A stretch of 64,000 nucleotides of DNA from Azolla caroliniana (Eukaryota; Plantae; Polypodiophyta), in contig JBHGNT010000017.1 in assembly GCA_043228905.1 (NCBI GenBank), forward strand, positions 806,001 through 870,000, written 5' to 3'. A program made the position numbers and the translations under genes. Below, piece by piece: positions 62,326-64,000 of this stretch. The notes under the pieces were generated by a model. That model did not search any database, had not been told where the DNA came from, and saw only the letters and a list, made by a program, of their open reading frames with translations. Every line of letters begins with the position of its first letter. Position 1 is the first letter of the stretch.

Positions 62326-63079
62326 GCTTAGGGAATGGTTGAGTAGTATATGGTAAGTTGTTCTCATCAACTTTATGTAATAAGATGAGAAGCATACAAA
62401 AACCAAGAGACATGTGAAAGCAAAAATTGTATGGTCTAAATTGAAAGGTTGGATGTGATACACTTCCTTTATGGTGAATCAATAGATTCTTCTATAAACA
62501 AGGCCTCTTTGCAACGTTAATGTACCATGACATGGGGAAAACATAGAGGTTCATGCTTCACAAAATTGTACTATATATATTACATATAACCACAAAACCA
62601 TTATTATTTTTTTGTCGAATGAAGTAAATACACATTATGTTAAAAGAGTTCATCTAGTTGTCCATTTGGGCGATTGCTTTCGACTTATTCATGACATGGG
62701 GAAAATATTGAGGTCACTCTTCACAAGTTATAATACATATATTTTACCTAGGCACAAAACTGTATTCGTTGAACAAAGAAACATTAATAATGTTGAGAGT
62801 TCATCTACTTGTAAGTCGTCCACTATTTGAGTGATTGCTTCCATATAACTTAGTTCACACTTTGATACAATGCTCTACCTCTGGTTACATTTCACTGTGC
62901 TTTTACACATCTTCAACCAAACCCAATCATTATACCAATAGTAATTGTGTGCACTCTCAATAGCGGCATTTAATAGTAAAGTTCTTAAGCATCGAGAGAC
63001 TATTCACTTTCACATGTATTACATGAAAACATTATATTTTTGGTCTCATGGGTCATATATAATCTCCAAAGAGTGTAAT

Positions 63080-63083
<4 letters not shown>

Positions 63084-63131
<48 letters not shown>
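63084..63131. repeat. (CT)n microsatellite
   Basis: Directly visible. Confidence 0.95.
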
Positions 63132-63136
<5 letters not shown>

Positions 63137-64000
63137 CACACACACAAACAAACAAACAATCAAATAGGTCTTATTGTGCATTTCAAAACATATGATTAAT
63201 AGTGGAGATTAATGTTGAGTTCAAGAAATAGTTTTTGACACATTGGTAATATCAAATGCATTCAACCATAATCGAGTTTGCTTTGCACGTTGCCAATACG
63301 GATCAATCCCATACATCCATTCCTCTCACAAACACAAAGTGCACGCTTGATTGCAACATTTATTAGTAAATGTTTGAACCTCAAGTGTCACTACGACTCA
63401 ATTCCACACATATGTAAAAACAATTTACTTATGTCATATTTGATCTCTAAGGAAAATAATAAAATCTCTCTCCCTCTCTCTACACCGTGGTCATCCTTGC
63501 CTTCAATATGTATGTTGCTATAAGGGTTATTGGACTCCCCATGTCCATATGAATCCAATAAAAGCATCTTTTAGTCATGTCAAATTGTGCATACCAAAGT
63601 GTTAATAATTAGGTAATTAAACATGGGTTAATTAGTACCTAATTATGTGATTAGTTGATAAGCGAAAGATTAAGTGATATGTGTGTGAGAGGAAGAGAGA
63701 CAGAAGTACACTTATGAACAACACAAGATGGGGGATGATTAACTCTATATTAAATTAACATTATCATCATCAAATACAATTTAATACCTACAATGAGGTA
63801 TAAAAGTGTAAGTCCTATATTAAATGTACTTAAGAGTAACTAACTAAACTAAGTTGAGCTTGATCTCTCACACAAAGTATCACCCTCATGTGAAATCTTT
63901 CTGTGTTGAATTGGCAACACCTCCCATGATTGTAGAAATATTATTCTAGATCGTGGCTCTCATTCACAAGATAGGAATCATGCCACCTCAAATAATTTAC

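Overview
Eukaryotic, plant-type DNA (Met-i and Trp tRNA primer sites, telo-box motifs); a non-flowering plant is my guess, not shown. Positions 1-50240 are a dense nest of decayed transposons: at least five Ty1/copia elements or fragments, a Tat/Athila-like Ty3/gypsy with an extra 3' ORF, LINE fragments, a Mutator-type MITE, and about a dozen insertions of one Ty3/gypsy lineage. That lineage has TGTCG...CGACA termini, a tRNA-Trp PBS, a shared U5 motif and 4-bp target duplications that are almost all centred on CpG (ACGT, GCGT, CCGG, ACGG). It includes a near-complete member, a Gag-only member and many solo LTRs; two solo LTRs carry an antisense tRNA-like A-box/B-box segment. Positions 50240-64000 are AT-rich and non-coding, with local tandem duplications and possibly the 5' UTR and first intron of a host gene. 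No intact host CDS, rRNA, functional tRNA or CRISPR array is supported. All boundaries and counts were read by eye.
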